From: Centroscyllium fabricii
Taxonomy: Eukaryota
Assembly: GCA_051313645.2 (NCBI GenBank)
Contig: JBNRSN020000012.1
Span: 115,630,001-115,694,000, forward strand
Direction: 5' to 3'
DNA length: 64,000 nt
How positions within the stretch are numbered: position 1 is the stretch's first letter; each line of letters begins with the position of its first letter. Below, one piece after another: positions 37,070-49,769 of the stretch. The translations under genes were made by a program, and so were the position numbers. The notes beneath the pieces are model-generated. The model was not told where the DNA came from. It did no database searches and saw only the letters and a program-made list of their open reading frames with translations.

Positions 37070-37386
37070 ATAGAATCATAGAATCCCTACAGTGCAGATA
37101 GAGGCCATTTCGGCCCATCGAGCCTGCACCGACACATATCCCACCCTATCCCCATAACCCCACATATTCAAACCCCCTAACACTAAGGGTCAATTTATCC
37201 TGGCCAATCAATCTAACCCGCACATCTTTGGACTGTGGGAGGAAACCGGAGCACCCGGAGGAAACCCACGCAGACACGGGGAGAATATGCAAACTCCACA
37301 CAGATAGTCACCCGAGGCTGGATTTGAACCCGGGCCCCTAGCGCTGTGAGGCAACAGTGCTAACCACTATGCCACCGTGCCACCGT
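37070..37386 (-). mobile_element. HE1-type V-SINE (short-tail form)
   Basis: tRNA-like head with A/B boxes; V-domain gtttgcatattctccccgtgtctgcgtgggtttcc; (attctatg)n tail. Confidence 0.92.
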
Positions 37387-38321
37387 TTAGTTACATCAAA
37401 CTAAACTGTGTCGAGTAGGACAAGAAGACACAGTCAAACTAGACAACTTTCCCAACAGGAGATGTCAATTTTGGGGTGCTTGCCTCGTTGTCAGCAGCCC
37501 TCATGTTGGTCGTGAGTGTGGGGAAGCGGAGGGGGGTCAGTTGCGACTCCTATAAAGTCCAGGGAACACTTCTGCTTCTCTTGGCTGCAAGAGAAGGTGT
37601 TTCCTAAATACCAATTTCTTGAAGGAGAAATTACATGGAGTCAATGGAGAAACTTCATCCATGGGTTTCTAACTGAGGCATAATGTTCTTGTCATTCTTT
37701 CTCACCTTAATTTTTCTCCAGGAATCCTAATGTGATTATTCAGCGCTTACACAGCCTCATCCTCGAGTTACAGAACAGACTTTCTCCTGTCAATATAGAG
37801 CTGGAGGATTGTGCCATGATCTGGCATTACGCCCCAAATTTTCATATTCAGAGATTTTAGGCATCTGCCCGGAATGCCTAAAAAATGGGTACAACAAATT
37901 TGGCAGTGAGGCCAATGGCTGAGTAGGTTGGTCGCAGGCAATCCCACTGCTAAATTGGTATGCTTTGTGCCAGTTTTACACACTAAACGTAGATGCAATT
38001 CATGCATATTTCTATCCCACAAACTGTAGCAACAGTACCAGCTGTCAGCAGTGGAAATGGTACCTACCATTCTACATGTACAACATCTGTTGGCTCTGCT
38101 AGCTTTGTCACTACCACATTTTACAAGTTGCTAGTGTGCAATCTGCTTTTATGTCTCCTCTGTGACAAATATGAAAACTCAGGCTATCGGGTCAGTTAAG
38201 TCAACAGTGCTACTTCATAACTTTAGTTAAACTTCTGACAAGTATTTTATCTGTTTCTGAAGTAATAGAGGATTCGATTAACTTCCTGAGAAACTGTAAT
38301 CCTATGTCTTGTTTGCACTCA

Positions 38322-40086
38322 TGATGTGGAGGTGCCGGTGTTGGACTGGGGTGGACAAATGCAAGAAGTCACACGACACCAGGTTATAGTCCAACAGTTT
38401 TATTTTAAATCACAAGCTTTTGGAGCATCTGCCCCTTCGTCAGGTGAAAGAGAAGCTGACTTAAAGACAGCACATACGGGAGGGAGAGAGAAATCTGATG
38501 TGGGAGATCAGATTTCTCTCTTCCTCCCATATGTGCATTCTTTAATGCCCCAGTTTCACTGGAGGCTAATGCCCCAGTTTCACTGGAGGCTACGAATTGC
38601 CGAATCGTGCCGATTGTGAAATTTGGCCGATTCGTGGGTAATTCTTGCGATTCGTAGTGGATTCGTAGTGGATTCGTAGTGGATTCGTAGCGGATTCGTA
38701 GCGGATTCGTAGAGTTCGCGGAAGTTCGCGGGATTTCCTTGAGGTTTCAAGAAAGTTTTTGTTTGTCAAAAAATTTCGTGGGAGGGTTCACGAATGCCCA
38801 ATTCGTGATAGATTCCTAAACAATTCTTGACCCTTTCTTACCATTCTTAACCCTATCTTACCGTTCGTAACTGATTCGTAGTGGATTCCTAGTGCATTCT
38901 TGCCTATTCTTGGGCATTCTTGATTTTTTCAAATTCGTGGAAAAACGCCGAATTCATCACGAATGTCCACGAATGTCCACGAATGTCCACGAATGCACTA
39001 CGAATGCACTACGAATGCAATTCGTAGATAATTCGTAGCTAATTCGTAGAATTCGTAACTAAATCGTGGAGGTCGTAGTGGATTCGTTAATTAATTCTTC
39101 ATATTCGTGAGTGATTCGTACCTCATTCCTACAATAATTCGTGATAGATTCGTAACCTTGTCCAGAATCGCCAAGAATTCACCAAGAATCGCCAAGAATC
39201 AACCAAGAATTTTCGCATTTTTTGCAGAATCGCCAAGAATTTCGATTCTTGACGATTCTTGATATTCTTGACATTCTTAGCCTCCAGTGAAACTGGGGCA
39301 TAAGAATGTCAAGAATATCAAGAATCGTCAGGAATCGAAATTCTTGGCGATTCTGCAAAAAATGCAAAAATTCGTGGTTGATTCTTGGCGATTCTTGGTG
39401 AATTCTTGGCGATTCTGGACAAGGTTAAGAATCTATCACGAATTATTGTAGGAATGAGGTACGAATCACTCACGAATATGAAGAATTAATTAACGAATCC
39501 ACTACGACCTCCACGATTTAGTTACGAATTCTACGAATTAGCTACGAATTATCTACGAATTGCATTCGTAGTGCATTCGTAGTGCATTCGTGGACATTCG
39601 TGGACATTCGTGATGAATTCGGCGTTTTTCCACGAATTTGAGAAAATCAAGAATGCCCAAGAATAGGCAAGAATGCACTACGAATCCACTAAGAATCAGT
39701 TACGAACGGTAAGAAAGGGTCACGAACGGTAAGAAAGGGTCACGAATTGTTTAGGAATCTATCACGAATTGGGCATTCGTGAACCCTCCCACGAAATTTT
39801 TTGCCAAACAAAAACTTTCTTGAAACCTCAAAGAAATCCCGCGAACTTCCGCGAACTCTACGAATCCGCTACGAATCCGCTACGAATCCACTACGAATTG
39901 CAAGAATTACCCACGAATCGGACAAATTTCACAATCGGCACGATTCGGCAATTCTTAGCCTCCAGTGAAACTGGGGCATAAGTCAGCTTCTCTTTCACCT
40001 GACGAAGGGGCAGATGCTCCAAAAGCTTGTGATTTAAAATAAAACTGTTGGACTATAACCTGGTGTTGTGTGACTTCTTGCATTTA
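38322..40086. mobile_element. Penelope-like inverted pseudo-LTR element (family P2) interrupted by nested MITEs
   Basis: 10-bp TSD TTTGCACTCA (38312-21, 40087-96); inverted arms; ~33-nt one-sided extension; hammerhead-like ctgacga...(g>a)aaagcttgtga. Confidence 0.8.
38546..39978. mobile_element. Harbinger MITE with a second, inverted copy of itself (38570-39300) inserted in its TIR
   Basis: TIR TGCCCCAGTTTCACTGGAGGC occurs four times; TAA TSDs at 38543/39979 and 38567/39301; interior of short gattcgtagtg/cacgaat repeats. Confidence 0.92.
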
Positions 40087-40233
40087 TTTGCACTCAGTCA
40101 GCCGGATGCCAAATAATGCAGGAATTTAGATATTTGTCTGCAATGCTGTTAAAAACATTAATGATGTGCTCTAAATCATTATGAAATGATCACTAATTAG
40201 CTCAGTAATTTGTTCTTGATCTTATCTGTGCAG

Positions 40234-40372
40234 ACAATTTGCAGCGACATGCGGACATGCTCTAGAGGTTAATGAACGGCTTATTAAAGAAGACCAATTA
40301 GAATACCAGGAGGAGATGAAGTCTCACTACAGAGATCTGCTCAGCGAGTTGTCTGCAGTCATGAATGAGCAG
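40234..40372 (+). CDS. DOCK10: DOCK10 exon (R)QFAATCGHALEVNERLIKEDQLEYQEEMKSHYRDLLSELSAVMNEQ
   Basis: tgcag/.../gtttgc boundaries, 139 nt, phase 2-0. Confidence 0.96.
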
Positions 40373-40821
40373 GTTTGCATTACTATCATAACTGCCGCTA
40401 CCTTGTAAGTTGCACAGTGCATCTTTTAGTTCATTTGCTCGGACTCGGGGCATACACAGTGGCCACCCGGAGGAGGATGCAGAAGGACCAACCATTTTGG
40501 TTCGGGGTCCTCATTATAATGTGAGCATGAAACGTGCTTCCCAATAGGCAACTTGGTGCTCTTGAGGCAGGAAGTCAGGCTGAATGTGAAGGGTTCGCAG
40601 CAGCACCTTAAAGGGGAGGGGGACATGTATCGGGTCTGATAAAAAGCAGCACGTCAGAGCAGCAGGTAATGTTTCTGTGGAAATTACAGCAGCAACAACA
40701 TTAAAGTTGGAAGCCTTTGAGGCTCAAAACCCACAAGCGACTGCCATAAAGATGTGCCTCAAACCTCCATCCTGCTTCCCCTGACTGCAGCTGAGAATCC
40801 CAGTTGCTTATGCTGACAACT

Positions 40822-41212
40822 GGCGGCACGGTGGCATAGTGGTTAGCACTGTTGTCTCACAGCACTGGAGACCCGGGTTCAAATCCAGCCTCAGGTACTA
40901 TCTGTGTGGAGTTTGCACATTCTCCCCGTGTCTGCGTGGGTTTCCACCGGGTGCTCCGGTTTCCTCCCACAGTCCAAAGATGTGCAGGTTAGGTTGATTG
41001 GCCATGATGAATTGACCCTTAGTGTTAGGGGGATTGAATGTGTGGGGTTACGGGGATAGGGTGGGATATGTGTCGGTGCAGGTTCGATAGGGATATGGGG
41101 ACAAGGCAGGGACAGGGTGCTGGGTTTGGATGATCAGCCATGATCTCATTGAATGGCGGAGCAGGCTCGAAGGGCCGAATGGCCTACTCCTGCTCCTATC
41201 TTCTATGTTTCT
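40822..41212 (+). mobile_element. HE1-type V-SINE (long CR1-tail form)
   Basis: ggcggcacggtggcatagtggttagcac head, ggttcaaatcc B box, V-domain; tail matches the 3' end of the 6745-13802 CR1. Confidence 0.93.
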
Positions 41213-42029
41213 CTGTAATGACTTGGTTTGTGGGCGGGTGCAGGCGCAGGAAATGCTGGTAGTCAGGCAGGATTGCATAGGGGTCGTTACTAAGTAATTT
41301 GACCCCAATTTGCATTTAATAATGAGGCTCCCACCTGTTTTCAGTGGGAACTCTGGTCACCTGGATCGAGGTCGCCCCGAAAATCAGCAATGGCGGAAAC
41401 TTGTCACTAAGTGGCCACTTCCATTGCATGCACTATTTTTGGTTCCTCTGACGCCCCACTGTTAAGTGCAAACCGGGTGGTCTGAACATGAAACATCCCC
41501 TCCCCCTAGATTTTCTATCCATCAACTGCAAATGATTGGGAATCTAGCCTACAATATAAGGATGTTTATTTGTTCAAATGGAAAGGTTGCATATGCAAAT
41601 TAATCCTACGCGCGTTCCTGTTTTCTTCTAAGAATTAATTATTTTTTAATGATTTATTCAATCTGATAGCAGGTTTACTGAAGAAGGCAAGTACCTGTAC
41701 TATGTTTAGCAATCATCAATTACTTCTGTCAATTTCAACATAACCTTTTAAAATACTCTGTTAAATTTTAGAAGAGTCTGTGGTATCTAAATACTGTTTA
41801 TCTGATTTTTTTGTTCTAACTATTATTTAAAGCTTGCAATCTAATTTCATTTCAAAGCTGTGCTTGGTTTATTTAGCTGTAATATTTGCATAAACAGACA
41901 GATGCAGACCACTAAACTCGAACAAATAGGTCTTAGCTACATAGCTCCAGTAATATTTAATCACAACTCTGCATTGATGTTAATTCTAAGAATTAAGTTA
42001 TTTTATTTGGCCAGCAAATAATACACATT

Positions 42030-42738
42030 GGCCTAGAAATTCGGTGGCGCACATTTTCTGACACTAACGTCGGCGGTGCGCTACTTTTAGCGCCCGCCTA
42101 ACGTTGGCGCCGTTAGCGCTGAAATTCAGCTGCAGCGCCCATAGCAGGAGGTCGGGCGCTAAAACAGGCGATCGGCCTCGTTCTTCAGGCGCTACAGCCG
42201 AAGTTCCGGGCGCTGGGGGTCACTGCAACATGCAGCACAGAGTGCCGCGCCGCGGTACTGCAGGCCTTCCTCCCCGATTAAAGGGCAGGGGCCTAGCGCG
42301 GTTGCAGCCAGAGCCCGGCACTCGAGGGAAGTGCCGAACTCAGTGATCGGAGGTAGGACTCCGCGGGGGAGGCCGGGGGCGGCAGAGGGGGAAGGTGCTG
42401 GCACTCAGTCAGCAATAAAAATGGCCGCCCGGCACCCTCCCCTTTAAGCAGCGCTCCCCCGCTGCAGTTACGGCTGGAAAAGCTGCCACGGGCAGCGCCC
42501 GCTGAAAACTCAGCGCACGCTACCCAATTTCAGTCACAGGCGCCAGCGTGGCACTGTGCGCACTGATGACATCATCCCCGGCGGCGAGCAGCATGTAATA
42601 TTCACTGGGGCGCTACCGGTTACTGCCCACCTTTGCGCCCCACTGAATACCACTGGAGGCAGAAGGGCAGGCGCTAAGTGTCTTGCGCCCCATTAGCGCC
42701 CGCTAATGGCAGGCGCAAGCAAGCCAATTTTTTCCCCC
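42030..42738 (+). mobile_element. MITE family B, copy 3
   Basis: Interior collinear with the 16164 copy; termini GGCCTAGAAATTCGGTGGC...GCAAGCCAATTTTTTCCCCC. Confidence 0.87.
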
Positions 42739-42846
42739 AATAACTTTAGAATTAATAGCCAAATTAATTCTTTATTTAGACAAAACAGGTTAATTTCTAT
42801 CATGTTTCTTCTTTCACATACGATAATCCTGGCCACTTTTTACAGA

Positions 42847-43012
42847 CAGAAAATGTCGGAAACACTCAGCAAATCAGGCTGAGAGAAATTCTGATGTAAG
42901 GTTATGCCTGAAACAAAATCTTGTCACTTCTCTTCAGATGCTGTGCCTGACTTGCTGCATGTTTCCAGGATTTTCTGTTTTTATGTCAGATTTCCAGAAT
43001 CTGCAGTACTTT
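42847..43012. mobile_element. Degraded P1-type Penelope-like palindrome
   Basis: cagaaaatg...ctcagca / tgctgcatgtttccaggattttctg arms; ctgatgta...gaaac remnant. Confidence 0.55.
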
Positions 43013-43076
43013 ATTATCTGGTCACTTTTAGTCTTGACTTTTACATCAATGTAACTTTTGGCCATAGCTATCAGTG

Positions 43077-44698
43077 TCATAGAGTCATAGAGTTTTACAG
43101 CACAGAAAGAGGCCCTTCGGCCCATCGCGTCCGTGCCGGCCATCAAGCCCTGTCTATTCTAATCCCATTTTCCTGCATTTGGTCCGTAGCCTTGTATGCT
43201 ATGGCACTTCAAGTGCTCATCCAAATGCTTCTTGAATGCTGTGAGGGTTCCTGCCTCCACCACCCTTTCAGGCAATGAGTTCCAGATTCCAACCACCCTC
43301 TGGGTGAAAAAGTTCTTACTCAAATCCCCTCTAAACCTCCCGCCCCTTACCTTGAAACTATGTCCCCTTGTTATTGACACCTCTACCAAGGGAAAAAGTT
43401 CCTTTCTATTTACCCTATCTATGCCCCTCATAATTTTCTACACCTCAATCAGGTCCCTCCTCAGCCTTCTCTGCTCCAAGGAAAACAACCCCAGCCTGCC
43501 CAGTCTTTTTTCATAGCTGATGCACTCCAGCCCAGGTAACATCCTGTTGAATCTCCTCTGCACCGTCTCCAAAGCAATCACATCCTTCCTATGGTGTGGT
43601 GACCAGAACTGCACACAGTACTCCAGCTGTGGCCTTACCCGCGTTTTGTACAGCTCCATCATAACCTCCGTGCTCTTATATTCTATGCCTCAGCTAATGA
43701 AGGAAAGTATCCCATATGCCTTTTTAACCACCTTATCTACCTTTCCTGCTGCCTTCAGGGATCTATATACATGCACACCGAGGTCCCTCTGATCCTCTGT
43801 CTTTCCTAGGGTCTTATCATTCATTGTGTATTTCCTTGCCTTGTTAGTCCTTCCAAAATGCATCACCTCACACTTTTCAGGGTTAAATTCCATTTGCCAC
43901 TGCTCCACCCACCTGACCAACCCATCTATATCGTCCTGCAGACTGAGACTTCCCTCCTCGCTATTTACCACCCCACCAATTTTCGTGTCATCTGCGAACT
44001 TACTGATCATACCTTTTACATTCATATCCAAATCATTAATGTAGACTACAAACAGCAAGGGACCCAGCACAGATCCCTGTGGTACTCTGCTGGACACAGG
44101 CTTCCAATCACAAAAACAACCTTCGACCATCACCCTCTGCCTTCTGCCACTAAGCCAGTTTTGGATCCACTGTGCCAAGGTGCCCTGGATCCCATGGGCT
44201 CTTACCTTCTTGACCAGTCTCCTATGCGGGACTTTATCAAAAGCCTTACTGAAATCCATGTATACCACATCCACTGCACTACCCTCATCCACACGCCTAG
44301 TCACCCCCTCAAAAAATTCAATCAAGTTGGTCAAACATGATCTTCCCTTGACAAAGCCATGCTGACTATCCTTGATTAATCCTTGCCTCTCCAAGAGAAT
44401 ACTAATTCTGTCCCTCAGAATTTTTTCCAATAATTTCCCTACCATTGATGTTAGGCTCACTGGCCTGTAATTCCTTGGTTTATCCCTACTACCCTTCTTG
44501 AACAATGGTACTGCATTAGCTGTTCTCCAGTCCTCTGGCACATTTCTGTGGCCAGAGAGGTTCTGAAAATTTGTGTCAGAGCCCCTGTAATCTCTTCCTT
44601 TGCTTCACACAGCAGCCTGGGATACATCTCGTCCAGGCCTGGGGATTTATCCACTTTTAAGCCTGCTAAAACCACTAGTACCTCCTCCCTCTCCATGG
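43077..44698 (-). mobile_element. 5'-truncated CR1 LINE (second subfamily)
   Basis: ORFs 43690-44541 (DFSKAFD, PQGSVLGP, KFADD), 43438-43662 and 43159-43431; (tcatagag)n tail. Confidence 0.95.
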
Positions 44699-44752
44699 TA
44701 ATATGTCAGTGAAATATATCAATTAAAGATACAAAAAATTTGTAATATTGTA

Positions 44753-44979
44753 TGACGTAAGAAAACTACGAGACACTTAGTCTAAGCATTAAACAAAGCT
44801 TTAATCAACTGTTTTACAACATGGAGGTCTAGTTGTGTCCTTAACTAGTTCCTGTTAAGAATGTCCTGCGCAAGCTGGGCCCGTGCCCGAGTATTTATAC
44901 TCTCCCTGGACAGCGCCTCCCGCAGGCCACTCAGTATTATTTCCTAAGTCTTTCTTTCATGAATGACTGATTCATGTCA
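44753..44979 (-). mobile_element. Solo LTR (227 bp)
   Basis: TGAC...GTCA termini, perfect 5-bp TSD TTGTA, TATAAA and ATTAAA on the minus strand. Confidence 0.85.
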
Positions 44980-45358
44980 TTGTATAAGAAACAAGTCTGG
45001 GTTTCTGATCCTGAGAATACAATAGCCCGGAAATTATGGTCTGCAGCAAAGCGAAGGCTTTTGTGCTGGCCCCGAAGTATGTGTTGCACAAGGCTCTTGC
45101 GATCCCTGTGTCGAGAACTTCGGGTTTTCCGATCTTCAATTCAAATCAACGGAAGTTAATGGGGATCCCCTTCGGCGAACTACTGTGATGTCAAGAGGCT
45201 GTCTAAGCAGCCAAACAAAAGGCAGACTGTTAACAGACAGTGAACAAGGAAGTGAGTAATTATACTAATTGTTTGGAACATAGTCTGTGAATTTATTCAG
45301 TACTTGAAAATTCGGTGCTGAACATCTTTTCAGCATCCGACTGTAATTTAGATACAAT

Positions 45359-46144
45359 GGGGGGGACATTGCCGGAAGGGCGGGAACCTGGCGGGGATTG
45401 GCCTGGGCGGCTTCCTGTCCTGCCCACCCAAACAGCTGGGAAGGCCACGCAATTTTAATTTAATTGGGTTGTTAAATCCACGCCGGCGGCAGTAGGAGGT
45501 ATTGAAGTCAATCGAGTCGGGCTGCATCGGGGCTGCGAGGAGTTAGATTGACAGTTCCAGCACTGGTTGTTGACAGTTCCCATGGAAACACTCCACTGTG
45601 ACATCACAGTCGAGTGGAACCAATGGGAACGGTCAAGTGCTGGTGACTGACAGGTGGGCGGGTGGGCTCAGAATCCTTGACAGCTCGCACCGGCTGTCAG
45701 GAAATGTGCAGAGCTGAGGTTTTTCAGTTTCTGCTCACAGCTGGTCCAGACAACACGGAGTAACTTACTCCTCTATGGTGCTGGAGGCATGCCAAGCATT
45801 TGGCAGCATGTCCTTCACACCTTGAAGGAGAAAGTGATAACCAGCACTATGCGCCCGCTGGGTGAAACCCAGCGGGTTTTAAGGTGACGGGGTTAGGGCG
45901 GGAAATGGCAAAATGGCTGAGGGCCCTTAAAATGGCATTAAACATGCCAATTAAGGGCCCTTAACGAGGTGGCAACTCCTCCCTGCCGGCCGGCGGTGGG
46001 AAGGTTTCGGGGCGGGGAATCTGGGTGGGGGAAAATGAGAAAGCGGCAGGGATACGTCGGGGGAGGTCGGGACCCGCCGGTTCCGCTATTTTTCCGGCCG
46101 GGCCGCTGAAAACCCCGCCTCACAGGGACATGAAATTCCCCCCC
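45359..46144 (-). mobile_element. MITE family A, copy 3
   Basis: Homologous to 30350-31131; G7/C7 termini; no clear TSD. Confidence 0.87.
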
Positions 46145-46222
46145 AGAGATTCTAATCTTTATTGACACTCAGTAATAAATGAATAGTTAAAGCACTATGG
46201 TAAGATTAACTGGGGCCTCTTT

Positions 46223-46370
46223 CAATGTTCCCCCTATGGCCACACACCAATCACGAGGTCCCGTGCAAGTCACTCACCAGCTGCTAACGCTGGAAGAGAT
46301 ACCGCACATGCGCAGCCACGCAGCAAATTTAAAGGGACCACGTAGGGAAAAAAAATTAGAGGGAACATTG
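46223..46370. mobile_element. Small hAT-type MITE
   Basis: TIR CAATGTTCCC/GGGAACATTG; imperfect 8-bp TSD gcctcttt/acctcatt. Confidence 0.65.
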
Positions 46371-48040
46371 ACCTCATTATACATGATAAATCATATTGGC
46401 TACAAATTAGTTAGCCACTCATAATCTGCTGTAGCAGCATGTCTGTTAGCATCTGCCATTAGTTAGACTTGCCTCTGCACATTTAGATTTTTAAAATTTT
46501 TGCGTGGCAAGATGCTGAAAGTTTGAGCCGATAACGTCGGAGCGAGGGAAACAGGGCAAGCGATTGTGTATCTCCTTAACTCATTAGATTGAAGGATTGT
46601 GAAATTAACAGTGCAAGGACTGAGAAGGAAGTGGAAGTTAGAGTGGTTGAATTCAATGTCAAATTAGGTACAAAAAGAGACATTTTGGCTGAGATTTTCC
46701 CACTGCCGGGCATGCGGGTTTGGAAGCGGGTCGGCAGTAAAAGTTGCAGAAATTGCGAGTGCGTCGGGAACCCGCTATCATCCCGTCTCCTCGTGCCTTT
46801 AACTCGGGCGCGTTTGCCAGTGCGCCACGGACCCCAATGGCAGAGGCGGGCAATCTAATTAAGCTCATTAAATCATTGTTGTGAGACCCTTAAGAGGGAC
46901 TTTAACCAGACCTTTTGATTTTTGCTGGATGGCCACGCGAATGACACAGCTCTTAGTCACATCTGTCAATGTGAGGTGGAAGCTCAGTGGTCATTAGTGA
47001 GGTCATTAATGGAGAGCTTGGAAATCAGAATAAATACTCCCACTTGACACCTCATTTCTTGCCTAAGGGAAATGCTCTTGCTGACTCCATTTTGAGCACA
47101 GATTTAGGTGTCTAGAGTTTGCCAGTCTTTTCTGCGACCTCGGAAGCCACTCTCACCACATTGCTAGTAACTATCGATGTGATAGGCCCTCTACTTGATC
47201 TGCCATCTATTACATCAGCATGGGTGCTGCTTATACTGTCTCACCTTGGTCCTCACAAGCGGACCAGGATGAGCACCACCACCACCAGCAGCAGCAGCAA
47301 CATCACCACCAACCTTCTTCTCAACAACCTGATGCTCCACTGGATAGATGGCATCAGTGCATGGTTGCAGTGCGTCAGAGGCGATACCCACAACACAGGG
47401 TATACAGGATGATCTTCCTCAACATGGCTGAGCAGGAGCGCCAAAGGAGGCTCGCACCAGGTCGTCACAGAAATTTGCAGCTTACTGGAAAAGGACCTGC
47501 AGCCCAGAGGACCTGGCGGACACTCCTTACTAGCGGCTGTCAAAGTCACTACCACCCTCAACTTCTTCACCTCAGGCTCCTTCCAGCAGCAGACATTTGT
47601 GGCACCTTGCAGTTGGCCACCCACAGATGCATCACACATGTCATTGAAGCCAAGTTTAACAAGTTAGCCAATTATGTGAACTTTGACACTGATGAAGACA
47701 GTGTTACAGAGCGAATGCTTGGCTTTGCCACTCTGGCTGGCTTCCCATGGGTACAGGGCATCATTGACAGGAGATCATAGTGGACTTCCGGAGGACTGAA
47801 AGCAGAGGACACACCCCCATCTTCATCCAAGGGGCTGAGGTGGAAAGGGTGTCCAGCTTCAAGTTCCTCGGGGTCCTCATCTCGGAAGACCTCTCCTGGT
47901 CACTAAACACCTCCTCTCTGGTTAAGAAGGCCCAACAGCGCCTGTACTTCCTAAGGAAGCTGAAAAAAGCCAGGCTGTCATCCGGCATCCTCTCCAACTT
48001 CTACCGCTGCACAATCAAAAGCATACTGACAAGCTGCATA

Positions 48041-48850
48041 ATAAGATAAGATAAGATTCAATTTATTGTCATTGTAAAGTGAACATACACAGAACAACGA
48101 AATGCAAACATGCAATCTCCCAAATTATTAAATGTCCTTGGTCCCAGTCTGATCCTTTCCATCCCACCAGGCGCTGCAGCCACGATGCCAGGGGAGTGGA
48201 CAGAGCAAACCCCTGTTCCATCTCACCGAGCCCGACGGCACCACGACTCCTCGAGCCCCACGGCTCTCCCGAGGCCCACGGCCCGACGGCTCCTCGAGCC
48301 CCACGGCTCTCCCGAGGCCCACGGCCCGACGGCTCCTCGAGGCCCACGGCTCTCCCGAGGCCCACGGCTCTCCCGAGGCCCACGGCCCGACGGCTCCTCG
48401 AGCCCCACGGCTCTCCCGAGGCCCACGGCCCGACGACTCCTCGAGCCCCACGGCTCTCCCGAGGCCCACGGCCCGACGGCTCCTCGAGCCCCACAGCTCT
48501 CCCGAGGCCCACGGCCCAACGGCTCCTCGAGCCCCACGGCTCTCCCGAGGCCCACGGCCCGACGGCTCCTCGAGCCCCATGGCTCTCCCGAGGCCCACGG
48601 CCCGACGGCTCCTCGAGCCCCACGGCCCCACGACTCCTCGAGCCCCACGGCTCTCCCGACGCCCACGGCCCCACGAGGCCCGACGACTCTTCGAGCCCGC
48701 TCTCAGCACCCCGGCGCTCCGACGACCGCGACGGCTTGTTCAGCACCGGTGCCCCGATTGAGGAGCACCGGTGCTCCACTCCACCGACCCCGCCGTCCTC
48801 TCCAGGAACAGTGCGGGACCAGGGACACTAAAAAAACGGGAGACGCAAAG
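48041..48850 (-). mobile_element. Non-autonomous retroposon with a Rex-like 3' tail
   Basis: Interrupts the Rex frame at SCI|VWYGNC; tail caatgacaataaattgaat(cttat)n similar to the host LINE tail. Confidence 0.7.
48228..48700. repeat. 43-bp GC-rich minisatellite (gagccccacggctctcccgaggcccacggcccgacggctcctc), about 11 copies
   Basis: Tandem copies built from two related subunits. Confidence 0.95.
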
Positions 48851-49769
48851 CAGTCTGGTATGGAAATTGCACCATCTCGGACTGGAAGGCCCTGCAGCGG
48901 GTAGTCAAAACTGCCCAACGAATCACCGGTACCCAGCTACCGTCAATTGAAAGCATTTACCTCAAACGCTGCCTACGGAGGTCTCTGAACATTATTAAAG
49001 ACCCCACACACCCCAGCCACAGTCTGTTCACCCCCTGCCCTCCGGGAGACGCTACAGATCAATTCGCGCCCACACGACTAGATTTAAGAACAGCTTCTTC
49101 CCCAGGGCTGTCAACCTCCTGAACTCTATTTAAAAAAATTTAAAAAAAACTCCGGTTCCTGCAAACCTGAAAATGTACTTTACTGTATGCAATTTGCATG
49201 TAATTTATTTGCACTACTCTCGGGAGCGGCGAGTCTTCGTCTCGTTGTATTGTACTAGTACTCTGCAATGACAATAAAACTTGAATTGAATTGCACACAT
49301 TTGGCCATCAAGGCACACCACCAACACCCAGGAGTCTTTGTCAACTGTAGGGGCTTCCACTCCCTCAATGTGCAGCTCATCTGCAACCATAGGAAGGTCA
49401 TCATGTATGTGTGTGCCAATTCCCTGGCAGTTGTCATGACTCTTTCGTCCTGCACCAGTCCACCCTCCCTCAGCTCTTCACACCACCAAACACACTTACA
49501 GGCTGGCTGCTTGGAGTGTAGGGCTATCCACTGAAGACATGGCTCATGACACCCTTGAGGAGGCCAAACAATGAAGCCAAGGAGTGTTATAATGAAAACC
49601 ACATGTCCACCAGATATGTCGTTGAGCAAACAATAGGCATGCTCAAGATGTGCTTCAGATGCCTTGGCAGATCTGGAGGAGCCGTTCAATGCACACCAGC
49701 CAGGGTCTTCAGAATCATCGTTGCCTACTGTGCGCTGCACAACATGGAATGAGGATTAGAGCTGCTTGA

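Larger units (their letters stand above)
47769..49290 (+). mobile_element. Rex1/Babar-type LINE 3' fragment
   Basis: IVDFRR..ERVSSFKFLGV.ISEDLSW..KKAQQRLYFLRKL..WYGNC..LQRVVKTAQRI..DPTHP..NSFFP; aataaa followed by (ttgaa)n tail. Confidence 0.92.
47400..49752 (+). pseudogene. Harbinger (HARBI1-like DDE) transposase remnant
   Basis: [12 protein letters not shown] | [63 protein letters not shown]; split by a LINE at 47769-49290. Confidence 0.92.

Noticed and set aside
40822-40895. tRNA gene (A and B boxes; also 37310-37386)
   Set aside because: tRNA-derived head of a V-SINE continuing into the V-domain and LINE tail
47220-47400. Poly-His/Gln protein N-terminus
   Set aside because: CAC/CAG microsatellite in the decayed Harbinger 5' region; the frame switches in and out of transposase homology
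48069-48904. Several 147-264 aa Pro/Arg/Gly-rich ORFs on both strands
   Set aside because: Translations of the 43-bp minisatellite; no domain or splice support
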